A program made the position numbers and the translations under genes. Below are positions 48,104 to 59,056 of a stretch of 64,000 nucleotides of DNA, one piece after another. Position 1 is the stretch's first letter. Every line of letters starts with the position of its first letter. Under the pieces are notes generated by a model. That model saw nothing but the letters and a program-made list of their open reading frames with translations. It was not told where the DNA came from and ran no database searches. The DNA is taken from positions 1 to 64,000 of the IMG/VR virus record IMGVR_UViG_3300025009_000050; one strand, 5' to 3'.

Positions 48104-49135
48104 ATGGAGGAATCAAATTTGGCATATGCCGATGTGGACAAAGCACTAACACTTCTTAATAAGAAGTTTGGCGCTGGTTCAGTCCAAAGATTGGGCGATA
48201 ACTTTACCAATTATGATATCAAGGTTGAGTCAACAGGTTCTCTGTTACTTGACCTTGCGTTAGGTAAAGGAGGATTACCTACTGGTAGAATAGTAGAGCT
48301 ATACGGAGCGCAAGCTTCAGGCAAGACTACTCTTGCTCTACTACACATAGCTGAAGTACAGAAGTCAGGTAGACTAGCTGCATTCGTTGACGTAGAACAT
48401 GCATTAGACCCTAATTTAGCACAAGAGTATGGAGTAAACATAGACGACTTGATTATTAACCAACCATCCACTGGTGAGGAAGCACTAGAAGTAGCTGAAT
48501 CCTTAGCCAGAACAGGTGAATTTGGTGTGATAGTTATTGACTCAGTGAGTGCTCTACTCCCTTCTGCTGAATCAGAAGCAGAGATGGAACAAAACTCTAT
48601 AGGTCTACAAGCTAGGCTTATGAGCAAGGCTCTACGTAAAATGACACCGGTCACATCAGAAGGTAATTGTACTATAATCTTCATCAACCAAATTCGTGAA
48701 AAGGTTGGTGTCCTTTATGGCAATCCGGAGGTTACCAGTGGTGGAAGAGCGCTCGCGTTCTATGCATCAATTAGGATAGCTGTCAGTCAGAATGGTGGTA
48801 ACAGTGGCCAGATTAAAGACACTGCTGGTGTAATCATTGGACATCAAATTAAATGTAGGATAGTTAAAAATAAGATAGCTACACCATACAAAGAAGCTAT
48901 CTTTAATCTACAGTACGGAATAGGTGTAGATAGACAAGCAGAAGTGGCTGACGTAGCCATAACAGCCGGTATAATTAAACAAGGCGGGGCATGGTTTACA
49001 TACGGAGAAGAAGGTAGTCCAGACTACTTTAAGATCCAAGGTAGAGACAATGTCAGAGCCTATGTTAAGGAAAACCAAGAATTCTGTAATATGTTAGAAC
49101 AAATGTTACGTGGAGGGCAAATGCCGAATGAGTAG
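48104..49135 (+). CDS. recA: RecA recombinase
   Basis: STGSL.LDLALG.GGLP.GRIVELYG..ASGKTT, VIDSV, GLQARLMSKALRK, IFINQIREKVG..YGNPE.TSGG.AL.FYAS. Confidence 0.97.
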   Translation: MEESNLAYADVDKALTLLNKKFGAGSVQRLGDNFTNYDIKVESTGSLLLDLALGKGGLPTGRIVELYGAQASGKTTLALLHIAEVQKSGRLAAFVDVEHALDPNLAQEYGVNIDDLIINQPSTGEEALEVAESLARTGEFGVIVIDSVSALLPSAESEAEMEQNSIGLQARLMSKALRKMTPVTSEGNCTIIFINQIREKVGVLYGNPEVTSGGRALAFYASIRIAVSQNGGNSGQIKDTAGVIIGHQIKCRIVKNKIATPYKEAIFNLQYGIGVDRQAEVADVAITAGIIKQGGAWFTYGEEGSPDYFKIQGRDNVRAYVKENQEFCNMLEQMLRGGQMPNE

Positions 49136-49282
49136 AATAGCCTTTAGAAAGAAGGTTAACCTCTGCGCATTAATCGAGGACATGCTAGGTATGCAAATAC
49201 CTAGCCTCGATAGAATGCAGACTAAGGATGTAGAAGCATTATATCATGCTCTCGAATCTAAGTTAAGAGAGGTTAACATGGT

Positions 49283-50053
49283 ATGAATGTAACTTTATTA
49301 TCAAAACCGGAAGAAACAATAAATATTCTGTATACTGCTTGTCGCACTTGCTATTCATCAGACACTCCAATGGAGATATGGGAGAAAGCATACAACATAC
49401 CTATTGAGCAGAAAGTGACACTTATTAACGATATTATATCTTCCGGGCATCATAGCATTCTAGAGCACACAAGCTTTACTTTTGCTATCTCAGGAATTAG
49501 TAGAGTAACTAGTCATCAATTAGTTAGGCACCGTCTTATATCTCCATCACAGCAGTCTCAAAGATATGTGCAAACAACTAAGGATACTTTCTCCTATGCT
49601 ATACCTGAAGAAATTAAAGAGCTAGGACTTGAGGACCTGTATAGAGAGTGTATGATTGATTCTTTACTTGACTACCAAGACTTAATCAAGATGGGTGTTA
49701 AGAAAGAGAATGCAAGAATGCTGATGCCTGAAGGCAGTACTACTAACATGGTCATTACTATGAACCTTAGAGAATTAATCCATATCTGTAATGTTAGACT
49801 ATGTAAGAGAGCTCAGGAGGAGATTACTGAGCTTACAAGAAGGATAGCAGAACAGATAAGAACCGTGTACCCAATGTTTTCTAAGTATTTGGTACCTAAA
49901 TGTAGGGTGTTAGGATACTGTTCTGAGAATAGAAACAGAACTTGCGGAGAGTTTCCACTTAAAGAAGAAGTGTTGGAAGCTTATCGTCAAGTATCATGTG
50001 CACGGGAGAATGCTAATGAAAATTCTACAAGAACTGAACAAGGCACAGAGTAA
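49283..50053 (+). CDS. thyX: Flavin-dependent thymidylate synthase
   Basis: GHHSILEH, ISRVTSHQLVRHR..S.SQQSQRYV, ENARMLMP, R...RAQ.EI. Confidence 0.95.
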   Translation: MNVTLLSKPEETINILYTACRTCYSSDTPMEIWEKAYNIPIEQKVTLINDIISSGHHSILEHTSFTFAISGISRVTSHQLVRHRLISPSQQSQRYVQTTKDTFSYAIPEEIKELGLEDLYRECMIDSLLDYQDLIKMGVKKENARMLMPEGSTTNMVITMNLRELIHICNVRLCKRAQEEITELTRRIAEQIRTVYPMFSKYLVPKCRVLGYCSENRNRTCGEFPLKEEVLEAYRQVSCARENANENSTRTEQGTE

Positions 50054-51935
50054 AGCTGCATTAAGTGAAAGTAAAAATATTCTTGTATTAGCTGGTGCGG
50101 GTTCTGGAAAGACTCGCACCTTAGCTTACAGAATAGCACACAAGATATATAATGGAGTTGACCCCTCTAGAGTATTAGCTGTGACTTTCACAAATAAAGC
50201 TGCTAATGAAATGAGATCTAGATTATCTAATCTCGTTGGTAATTCCGTAAGATACAGCTGGATAGGAACTTTCCATGGTATAGGTGTTAGAATGTTGTCT
50301 AAATTTGGTGCATCTGTTGGAGTACAATCAGGATTCACTATATTAGACAGCAAAGATCAACTTAAGCTTATCAAACAGGCTATGAAACAGGTAGGAATAG
50401 AAGATGGATATAAGCCGGAGTTTGTAGCTGATATGATAAGTAAAGCAAAGAACAACATGGTTACTCAGCAGGAATTAATGGAGAAAGCCATTAAGAAGGC
50501 CGAGAAAGACGTATCTAATGCCTATCATAGGTACCAAGAACTACTAGCTGAGAATAACAGTCTTGACTTTGATGATCTAATTATGAAGCCTGTGCAACTA
50601 CTACAGAGTAATAAAAATATCAGAGGAACCTTTCAGAACAAATTTGAACACATTCTGGTTGACGAATTTCAAGATGTTAATAGCTCACAAAATGATCTTC
50701 TACAGCTGTTACATACAGAGAATAATAATTTATTCGTAGTAGGAGACATTTCACAAAGCATATATAGTTTTAGAGGTTCTGATATCTCACACATATTAAG
50801 CCTTGGTGAGCATGAAGATACTGAAATAGTCAAGCTGGAGCAAAACTATCGTTCTACTTCTACAATTATCAGAGCAGCTAATGCAGTTATATCTAACAAT
50901 AAAGAGCAGATTACTAAAGAACTTTGGACTGAGAATAGCGCTGGAGTTCCAATAGTATTCCATCATGCAGAAGATGAGACTGATGAAGCTAGACTGATAG
51001 CAGCATTAATTAAAAGGACTATGAAAGTAGAAGAGAGAAATTATGGTGACTTCTCTATCCTCTATAGAACTAATACACAGTCAAGAGCGATAGAGGAAGC
51101 CTTAATCCAGAACCAAATCCCTTATCAGATCGTTGGAGGATTAGCGTTTTACGACCGTAAAGAGATCAAAGATATGATTGCTTATCTCAGAATATTAACC
51201 AATGAATTTGATTCCCTTGCTTTAAGGAGAATAATCAATGTTCCTAAGAGAGGAATTGGAGACACTACAATCAAGAAGATAGAGCAGTTTGCTCGTGATG
51301 CAGGGATATCATTCCCTGATGCTCTGGAAAGATTTGATGAAGTACCCAAGCTATCAAAGGGAACTAGAGATAAATTATCTGGATTCCTTGATTTGATTAA
51401 AGACTTACGTGAATACTCTAATAATCAAGAGAACAAGTTAACTGATATAATCACTAAAATATGGCATGATACTCAATACGTAGCTATTCTTATTGAAGAT
51501 GGCTCTGAAGAATCATTGGTAAGGATTGATAATCTTAATGAATTATTAATAGTAGCTGAAAGATATCAATCAGAGAGTGCTAGTCCAACCATGACATCCT
51601 TCTTATCTGGTATTAGTCTACTTTCAGACCAAGACCAAATTAAAGACGATAAGGATATGGTAAAGTTAATGACCGTACATACTGCTAAGGGACTTGAATT
51701 TCCTATAGTATTTACTGTTGGTATAGAAGAAGGTATCTTTCCTCATGCAAGATCATTTAGTAACCCTAAAGACATGCAAGAGGAGAGACGTTTATTCTAT
51801 GTAGCAGTTACAAGAGCTAAGGACAAACTTTATCTATCAGGCAGTAGATTAAGAATGATTGCGGGAATGACAATGGAACAGAAAATCTCTAGGTTCATCA
51901 ATGAGATTCCAGAGGGTCTCATAAGAAGAGTATAA
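50016..51935 (+). CDS. UvrD/PcrA-family helicase
   Basis: LAGAGSGKTR, VTFTNKAA.EM, LVDEFQD, VVGD..QSIYSFRG, LEQNYRS, LMTVHTAKGLEF, EERRLFYVAVTRA. Confidence 0.96.
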   Translation: MKILQELNKAQSKAALSESKNILVLAGAGSGKTRTLAYRIAHKIYNGVDPSRVLAVTFTNKAANEMRSRLSNLVGNSVRYSWIGTFHGIGVRMLSKFGASVGVQSGFTILDSKDQLKLIKQAMKQVGIEDGYKPEFVADMISKAKNNMVTQQELMEKAIKKAEKDVSNAYHRYQELLAENNSLDFDDLIMKPVQLLQSNKNIRGTFQNKFEHILVDEFQDVNSSQNDLLQLLHTENNNLFVVGDISQSIYSFRGSDISHILSLGEHEDTEIVKLEQNYRSTSTIIRAANAVISNNKEQITKELWTENSAGVPIVFHHAEDETDEARLIAALIKRTMKVEERNYGDFSILYRTNTQSRAIEEALIQNQIPYQIVGGLAFYDRKEIKDMIAYLRILTNEFDSLALRRIINVPKRGIGDTTIKKIEQFARDAGISFPDALERFDEVPKLSKGTRDKLSGFLDLIKDLREYSNNQENKLTDIITKIWHDTQYVAILIEDGSEESLVRIDNLNELLIVAERYQSESASPTMTSFLSGISLLSDQDQIKDDKDMVKLMTVHTAKGLEFPIVFTVGIEEGIFPHARSFSNPKDMQEERRLFYVAVTRAKDKLYLSGSRLRMIAGMTMEQKISRFINEIPEGLIRRV

Positions 51936-51954
51936 TTCTAAAAGGAGTTTTGAT

Positions 51955-52687
51955 ATGAAGAATGTATCATTAGATGTAAAAGAAGGAGAAAAACTTTACA
52001 AATTCATCATACAGGTTAATGGTTCTATAAGTAATGAAGCTCCATTCCATAGAATATTAACAAAACAAACTGTTGATGGAAGAATTGAAGCTGTAGTCGT
52101 ATATGAGTATCCTGATAGGAAAAATCATGCCTATTTTGAGTGCGGTTCTTCAGAACAGTTTGAGAGTAGTATAGACACTCTAATCGAACAGCTATCCAAA
52201 GCCTACGAGCACATATTCGGTATTCCTTCTGAATATGAAGTGATTGACTTCTCTAATTGTGAAACTATAGAGGAGCAACTGTCAATCATACAGGAAAGAC
52301 CAGACTTATTTAATTCATGGGATTATAAGAAAGATGGGACTAGACGTCCAACAAGGATGGATAATAAATTCTTATTGGACAATGATGTTCCAAAAAATAA
52401 ATACTAAGGAGAAGTTAATGGAAAGTTTTGAAATTGGTATGGATCTATTGAAGATCCTACCTAAATTTAATATGGCATTAGCTGGCGACATTGGACCACA
52501 AGATATTAAAGACACGGCACCAATCGGAATTGAATTGTTGAATTTAATTAAGACTAAAAATATAAATCCTGGGCAGTTGATGTTCCTATTGTCAACTCTT
52601 TTAATAAGTGTTATAAAAGATGCAGCAACTGATGACACACCGGAACCTACTCCAGAGAAGTTCTCATTAAATGATTTCAAATTTTAA
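51955..52687 (+). other. Two hypothetical ORFs (51955-52407, ~52418-52687)
   Basis: AAAGGAG and AAGGAG SDs. Confidence 0.55.
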
Positions 52688-52701
52688 TTGGAGGATGCTA
52701 C

Positions 52702-53169
52702 ATGGCAAAGAAAGACAATGAGGTTCAATACAGTAAAACCATTGATGTTGACGTGATGTTAACTGGTGGCAAAGTTCCAGAATACATGACTGAAAATGCC
52801 GCTTGCGCTGATATGTACGCAAGCCTTGCAGAAAGCATGACGATATATCCTGGCTTTCGTGCACTAGTACCATTAGGTTTTGTCACATCATTTCCTAGCG
52901 ACTATATTGGTTTAGTAGTGCCTAGGAGTGGTAGAGCAATGAACGAAGGACTTACTATTCTTAATGCTCCTGGAACTATTGATTCAGACTTTCGTGGTGA
53001 ATGGAAAGCAATAGTTATTAACCATGGTAACATGCCTGTAACTATTGAACCTAACGAAAGAATTGCTCAAGTTGTCTTCATTCAGAAGGTAAGAGCTAAC
53101 TTTAACTTGAAGAAAGAACTCGATGACACTGAACGTGGGCAAGGAGGCTTTGGTTCAACTGGAAACTAA
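52702..53169 (+). CDS. dut: Trimeric dUTPase
   Basis: ACADM, VPRSG, NAPGTIDSDFRGE, RIAQ, RGQGGFGSTG. Confidence 0.96.
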   Translation: MAKKDNEVQYSKTIDVDVMLTGGKVPEYMTENAACADMYASLAESMTIYPGFRALVPLGFVTSFPSDYIGLVVPRSGRAMNEGLTILNAPGTIDSDFRGEWKAIVINHGNMPVTIEPNERIAQVVFIQKVRANFNLKKELDDTERGQGGFGSTGN

Positions 53170-53370
53170 TCTTGTATGGAAGTGTATGGGGTGTGGTAAC
53201 ACAGAGAGGTTCTGTGCAGATGCAAACTTCTCAGATGGATCAGTAATTGTAGACGGCAACGAACAATTTCTCGAACTAGATTCTAATCCAACCATAGAAA
53301 ACATTCATAGACCAAATAGCTGCTATGAATGTGGTAGCAGCAATATCAAACAAGTAAAGAGGTAACAATT

Positions 53371-54564
53371 ATGTTTTATCCACGTGAATTCCTTGATGAA
53401 TTGAAAACGAAAGTTGACATACTTGACTTAGCAAAACTATATGGGATTCATGTTATTAAGAGCGGGGGTATCTACCAAGCTAAGTGCATACATCCTGGCG
53501 ATGATACTCCCAGTCTTACCTTTTATCCTAAGACAAATAGCTTCCATTGCTTTGGATGTGGAGCATCAGGTGACACAATAAACTTTGTTGCCTTCATTCA
53601 TGATATAGAATTTGACGAAGCCGTACAAAAGTTAGCTGATCACGCTGGTATATCATTGAGTATGTTTTCTAGTGGACAAAGTAAAGTGTTCAGTAGACAA
53701 TATGATTCAATGATAAGTTATAACCGTACATACTGGAAAGAATTACAAGATAATAAGGAAGCTATAGATTATTTACTATCAAGATTCATAACTGAGAAAG
53801 ATATAGGTGATTGGAGAATCGGTCTAGTCCCAGAAAGATACAACAAGCCTTATACAGGACGCATAGCGTTTGCTATAATGGATGAACAAGGTAGAACAGC
53901 AGGGTTTGGATATAGGTCAGTTGATGGATCTAAACCTAAGTATATAAATAGTCCTGACTCACTCATATTTAAGAAAAGTTCATTATTGTATGGGTTACAT
54001 AACATTAAGAAGTTGATTCGAGATAAGGACTATGTTATATTAGTAGAAGGATACACTGACGTAATACAATTACAGAAGTATAATGAGCCAGCAGCTGGAC
54101 TAATGGGAACCGCACTCTCTCAAGAACAGGTAGAGTTGATTAAAAAACATACAAATAATGCGATACTGTTCTTGGATGGAGATGCAGCTGGTGCACTATC
54201 TACTAATAGAATAGCACAGATACTCAAGGATAATGGAATCCAAGTAATGGCCATCATAACTGATAAAGATCCCGATATACTAGCTATAGAGCTTAAAGAT
54301 AATATTAGTGACTATATAAAGGAAAATGCAGTTCTCATACCTGGATTCAATATTAATCGACTATTATCTGATGTTCAAACTAAGCTTGATGCAGTTATAT
54401 TATCTAGTCTGAGACAAGCTCTTCCATTATTAGCACAGATGCCTGATGCTGTTGAACTGGAACACTATGTATCAAGGGTATCATTAGTTCTAGGAATAAA
54501 TAAGAATGAGATTTATAACATGCTCACCAAGGGAGGTTATTATGGTAACAAAGGAAGAAGTTGA
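53371..54564 (+). CDS. dnaG: DNA primase (DnaG-type)
   Basis: CIHPGDDTPS...FHCFGCG zinc finger, KYINSP, VEGYTDV, LFLDGD.AG, DPD. Confidence 0.95.
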   Translation: MFYPREFLDELKTKVDILDLAKLYGIHVIKSGGIYQAKCIHPGDDTPSLTFYPKTNSFHCFGCGASGDTINFVAFIHDIEFDEAVQKLADHAGISLSMFSSGQSKVFSRQYDSMISYNRTYWKELQDNKEAIDYLLSRFITEKDIGDWRIGLVPERYNKPYTGRIAFAIMDEQGRTAGFGYRSVDGSKPKYINSPDSLIFKKSSLLYGLHNIKKLIRDKDYVILVEGYTDVIQLQKYNEPAAGLMGTALSQEQVELIKKHTNNAILFLDGDAAGALSTNRIAQILKDNGIQVMAIITDKDPDILAIELKDNISDYIKENAVLIPGFNINRLLSDVQTKLDAVILSSLRQALPLLAQMPDAVELEHYVSRVSLVLGINKNEIYNMLTKGGYYGNKGRS

Positions 54565-55240
54565 TTTGATTAGATCTATATCAGGACACATGGTACAAGG
54601 TCAAGATCCTAAAGTTTTAGTTGAATGTGCTAAGAAGCTTCAGGAACTAATACAACTAAGATCCAATCCTCCAACACTTGATGAGAGAATCGCTAGTTGT
54701 AAAGCATGTAAACTAATTGATAGCTGTACTAATAAAGTTCCTGGAGAAGGTCCGATGCCTGCGAATATTATGTGCGTCGGGGAAGCTCCTGGTCAGATAG
54801 AAGATGAAATGGGTAGACCATTTGTTGGACCAGCAGGTAAATTACTTAATAATATTATTGGAGCTATCAAATGGAAGCGCGAAGACATATTCATCTGTAA
54901 CATCGTAAAGTGTAGACCACCTAATAATCGTACACCAGAGATATCTGAGGTAGTAATGTGTAAAAGATTTCTGGACGAACAGATAGAATTAGTCCAACCT
55001 AAGTTAATTATATGTTGGGGATCACCTTCTGCTAACACAGTAATCCATCCTAACTTCTCAATTACTAAGGAACATGGAGTGGTTTTCTCATTACCAAATA
55101 AAACAAAGGCAATGGCTATATTTCACCCTGCATATATATTGAGGTTAGAATCAGTAGATAAGGATAAATGGATGGAGGCTAAGAAAGCTGTATGGGAAGA
55201 TATCCAGAAGGCTGATAAGCTTTTGAAAGGTGAGATCTAG
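54542..55240 (+). CDS. Uracil-DNA glycosylase family 4
   Basis: CKAC.L..C, VGEAPG..ED..GRPFVGPAG.LL, NIVKCRPP.NR.P, HPAYILR. Confidence 0.93.
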   Translation: MVTKEEVDLIRSISGHMVQGQDPKVLVECAKKLQELIQLRSNPPTLDERIASCKACKLIDSCTNKVPGEGPMPANIMCVGEAPGQIEDEMGRPFVGPAGKLLNNIIGAIKWKREDIFICNIVKCRPPNNRTPEISEVVMCKRFLDEQIELVQPKLIICWGSPSANTVIHPNFSITKEHGVVFSLPNKTKAMAIFHPAYILRLESVDKDKWMEAKKAVWEDIQKADKLLKGEI

Positions 55241-55412
55241 TGTTTAATGGTTACGATGAATCAGGTAAATGTATCACAACGCCTGAATATGCATGTCGTG
55301 ACTGTGGTATTTGCTTCTATACAGAAGAAGAAAAAACATATAGACATCTTGAACTACTAATGAGTTTCATAAACCTAATTGTAAAGGACTTGGAAGAAGG
55401 TATAAATAAGAT

Positions 55413-55868
55413 ATGAAGATAAGAACTGACTTTGTAACTAACAGTAGTAGTTCCTCATTCATTATAGCTATGCTAGGTAAACCAGAGAGCGTCAAAGCCC
55501 TTAGGTACTCGTTATTTGGCAATAACGAAAAAGTATACCATCGATACACTAATGATATACTTCCGACAGATTTTATTGCTGAAATAATATTTAATGATAT
55601 GCAAAATGAAGATACTATCATAACCAAAGAACATGTAATGAAAAGAATATCTTCAGATTTGCATGAATGGCCTGATGGAATGAGCTGGAATGAATTTGAA
55701 GCAATGATTGTAAATGAACCACATGAGGATGCTGTAAAGTTCATAGCAGAGAACGAGAATTCTATCTTTTATGAACTTGAATATTCTGACGAAACTCAAA
55801 CAGGTTCTATGATAGAGCATGGAGACATATTTAATAATGTCCCACACTTTAGAGTAAGTCATCATTAG
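55413..55868 (+). CDS. Hypothetical protein (MKIRxDFVTNSSSSSF family)
   Basis: Recognisable N-terminal motif of an uncharacterised family. Confidence 0.6.
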   Translation: MKIRTDFVTNSSSSSFIIAMLGKPESVKALRYSLFGNNEKVYHRYTNDILPTDFIAEIIFNDMQNEDTIITKEHVMKRISSDLHEWPDGMSWNEFEAMIVNEPHEDAVKFIAENENSIFYELEYSDETQTGSMIEHGDIFNNVPHFRVSHH

Positions 55869-56152
55869 GAGGAGACATTGAACATACCTACACAATTTAA
55901 AGCCTTCTTCTCTAAGGATGCACTAGAGCTAGCTATATGGGCATACGAGGAGAAGGATAGAGAGAAACAGATACGTATAGCACGTATAGCCGATAAGATA
56001 GAAATAAAATCAAGACAACTATATGGTGGTCTAAATGGAATAAGAAGAGGACAACACATGATAGAGTATCCTTCTATGCTGTTACCAAAGATAATGAGGT
56101 CTCCACCTCCACCACCAAAACCACCACCGTGTAGAATAAGTTGATATTAGTA

Positions 56153-56181
56153 TTGACGGAATAATATTCCTATAGTATAAT
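56153..56181 (+). promoter_or_regulatory. SigmaA-type promoter
   Basis: TTGACG-17 nt-TATAAT; GGAAT-AAT-ATTCC palindrome in the spacer. Confidence 0.75.
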
Positions 56182-56207
56182 ATACATAAATAATGGAGGC
56201 GATATGA

Positions 56208-56768
56208 ATGAAGCTTGCAGAAGCTATACTCGTAAGAGATGACTTCATAAAAGATGTCAGAGTATGGACTGAAAGAAGATTCGAAGGTAGATATTCATCC
56301 TGGAAAAAGGGAGAAATCGGAGAGAAGGTTCCAGTCTTAATCCCCGAATATTCAGTTGATGAATGTGATGCCATAATAACTAAGCTTAACTCAGACATCC
56401 GTAAGATTCGTCAGCTAATCTCATTAGCTAATGCATCTAATACGATTAACTGGCTTATTGATGACAAACAAATCACATTAGCTGAAGCAATAATCTTAAT
56501 AGAGCAAATGAGAGTTGAGAAAGGTAACTACGATGCCTTAGCCAGCTGTAAAACACACTCACGCGTTAACTCTATGAGTGGTAATAGATTCGGTAATGGC
56601 GCAAACGACTTCTCATTCCAAGAGAACTTTGAGGTTACTTATGACACTAAGAAATATCGTAATGAAACTGATAAGTTATCTAAAGCTATTACTAAGTTAC
56701 AATCTGCGATTCAGCAGGCTAATTGGATTATAGATATAGAATGGGAGGAGACTACGATTGGGGCCTAA
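56208..56768 (+). CDS. DIP1984-like helical protein
   Basis: MKLAEAI..R...TLAEAI....LQSAIQQANW, characteristic of the family. Confidence 0.65.
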   Translation: MKLAEAILVRDDFIKDVRVWTERRFEGRYSSWKKGEIGEKVPVLIPEYSVDECDAIITKLNSDIRKIRQLISLANASNTINWLIDDKQITLAEAIILIEQMRVEKGNYDALASCKTHSRVNSMSGNRFGNGANDFSFQENFEVTYDTKKYRNETDKLSKAITKLQSAIQQANWIIDIEWEETTIGA

Positions 56769-56873
56769 ATGTCCGGGTTGTCCAGGTGGGCCTGGTTGTC
56801 CTTAACAACCAATAAAATACGAATTTCATGGAGGTGGTTTTGCCTCCTGAAGCAAACTTTTTAACACACACAA

Positions 56874-56905
56874 GCAGAGGCTCACCTGGCCTCTGCATTT
56901 ATTTT
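56874..56905 (+). terminator. Terminator-like hairpin
   Basis: GCAGAGG-CTCACCTGG-CCTCTGC followed by ATTTTATTTT. Confidence 0.6.
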
Positions 56906-57151
56906 AAGGAGGAGGAATATGGTTAAGGAAGGGATGAGTATAGTATATAAGTCAAACAAGCTCTTATATCTTACTAGAGATAAAATATATAAGGTAAAGT
57001 TTGCTAAACATCGTAAGGATATGAGTTGCTTAGCTATATTTTTAACTAAAAGCTCCTTCTATATTGTAGCTAGTATAAATGGGAAACCATTCAATGGAGA
57101 GGAAGCATTCGAAAGAGACTTTGTAATATTAGATAAGTGGGAGGGATAACG

Positions 57152-57733
57152 TTGAACAAGGAACTAATATATCTTAAAGGGTTTGCTAAGGGCCATAGCC
57201 TATTTGAATTACTGAAGGCAATTAACGCAGCAACTAAATTGCATGAAGGACAGATCAGAAATAATGGTGAGCCATTTATTATTCATCCTACTAGAGTTAC
57301 TTCTCACTTGGTATCTCTCGGGATACATGATGATATTATGTTAGCCTCTGCTATACTACATGATGTGGTTGAAGATTGTGGAGTAACAATCCAGACGCTA
57401 ATGCTTGATTACGGGATAGATCCTGCTACAATTGCAGTAGTTAAACTATTAACTAAATACGACGCAATATCGGATGAACATTATTACCAGGAGATAAGTA
57501 AAGACCAGAGAGCACTGCTTATAAAGATAAGTGATAGATGCAATAACGTTTCAACAATGGTTGGAGCATTCACTAATCTAAAAGTAGTTGATTATATAAA
57601 GGAAACTGAGAGCCACATAGTTCCGTTATGTAAACATGGAACGAGATTCTATCCTGAGTATAGCGATAAGATATTTGTTATGAAGTATCACATTGAGTCT
57701 GTGATGAATGCAGTTAAACTGCTAATAGCGTAG
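57152..57733 (+). CDS. HD-domain small alarmone hydrolase (RelA/SpoT HD, Mesh1-like)
   Basis: HEGQIRNNGEPFIIHP, AILHDVVED, IKISDRCNN. Confidence 0.85.
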   Translation: MNKELIYLKGFAKGHSLFELLKAINAATKLHEGQIRNNGEPFIIHPTRVTSHLVSLGIHDDIMLASAILHDVVEDCGVTIQTLMLDYGIDPATIAVVKLLTKYDAISDEHYYQEISKDQRALLIKISDRCNNVSTMVGAFTNLKVVDYIKETESHIVPLCKHGTRFYPEYSDKIFVMKYHIESVMNAVKLLIA

Positions 57734-58495
57734 GTGAGATATGTTAAAAGCTATATGTCTTAACAATAACTTTAACTATGCACTTTATAGCCACAACTAT
57801 GATACAGATGGTATATATAATTACGAGTACGATGATGAGCATAATATGATCACTATACGTACTAAATTTGATATAGGATTTGTATTCTCACCTGGCTCTT
57901 GGGCACTTAATCATTTCCTGATTATCAATATGGAGGATTTATGAAGATTGTTTGTAAACGAGATTTAAGAGCAGCAAACATTCTGGATCTATTCATTAAA
58001 GATAAGATATATGGAACTAATGAGGTAAATGAAAGATATTTAGTAGTTAGATGCGAACAAGATTATAATATAAGAGTAACGCTAGGTACAAATCATAATG
58101 GTATTTTTTTCAATAGATACTTTATATCATTGGAGGTGCAACATGATACCAGAACCATTCTATAAGGATCAGATAGTAATTAACACTAAGGATGTTTGTG
58201 TTCATCCACGTAGTTATGTGCCAGAAGGATCGGCAATGATAGTTAAGAGTACACGCTTTTGTAATTCAGTGCTTTATGAGGCAGAAGGTTTTGATAAATG
58301 TGGCTTAATAACATGCTTTGGTGATAAATGCATTGGACAAATTATTAGAGTACTCGTTCCTAATGGTATTTCAGAAATATGTTGGTGTCATTTTAGAAAG
58401 GTTAATACAGGAGAACTAATAGAGTTCAAGAAAACCATCAAATGATTAAAGCTAGAAAGGATATTTGATGGTTTTCTAATACTATATTATAACAT

Positions 58496-58570
58496 CGGGA
58501 TGTAGCTCAGTGGAGGAGCGCCTGCTTTGGGAGCAGGAGGTCGAAGGATCGTTCCCTTCCATCCCGACCA
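58496..58570 (+). tRNA. tRNA-Pro(TGG) with atypical T-loop
   Basis: Acceptor CGGGATG/CATCCCG plus ACCA; anticodon arm CCTGC-TT TGG GA-GCAGG; T-loop ATCGTTC. Confidence 0.9.
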
Positions 58571-59056
58571 TTAAAACTTTAGTGAGGACATTATGGAATT
58601 TGTTTGCAAGCAAGAAATGAGAGATTATGATGGTATTACACTATTCATAGTAGATAAGATATATCATGCTCATATTAATGAGCATTGTAATATCCTCTTT
58701 GTCATTAATGAGAGAGACAAAAGATTCTATATATGTGGCATACAAAATAATAGGATGATAAACGGCTATGATCATTATTTTAAATACATAGGAGATGAAT
58801 ATGAATCCTAATTTCAGATTCATTAAAAACTATAAAGCTGTATGTTACAAGGCCCATTATACTAGTACTGGTAGGCCCATATATCTTCAGGATAAGATAT
58901 ATGATCTGTACCAATACAATGATTCAAAGAGTATCATGATAGGAGAAACTGAGCTTGGTATTTCTGCCGTACTAGGATCTAAGAGACAAGACGGACTTAC
59001 AGTGCCTGGACCAGTTAATAAACAGTACTTGACTATAATATATGTAGGTGATATAT

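Noticed and set aside
37026-51935. Inteins in DnaE, NrdD, RecA or UvrD
   Set aside because: Lengths are normal and no C...HN splicing motifs interrupt the conserved blocks.
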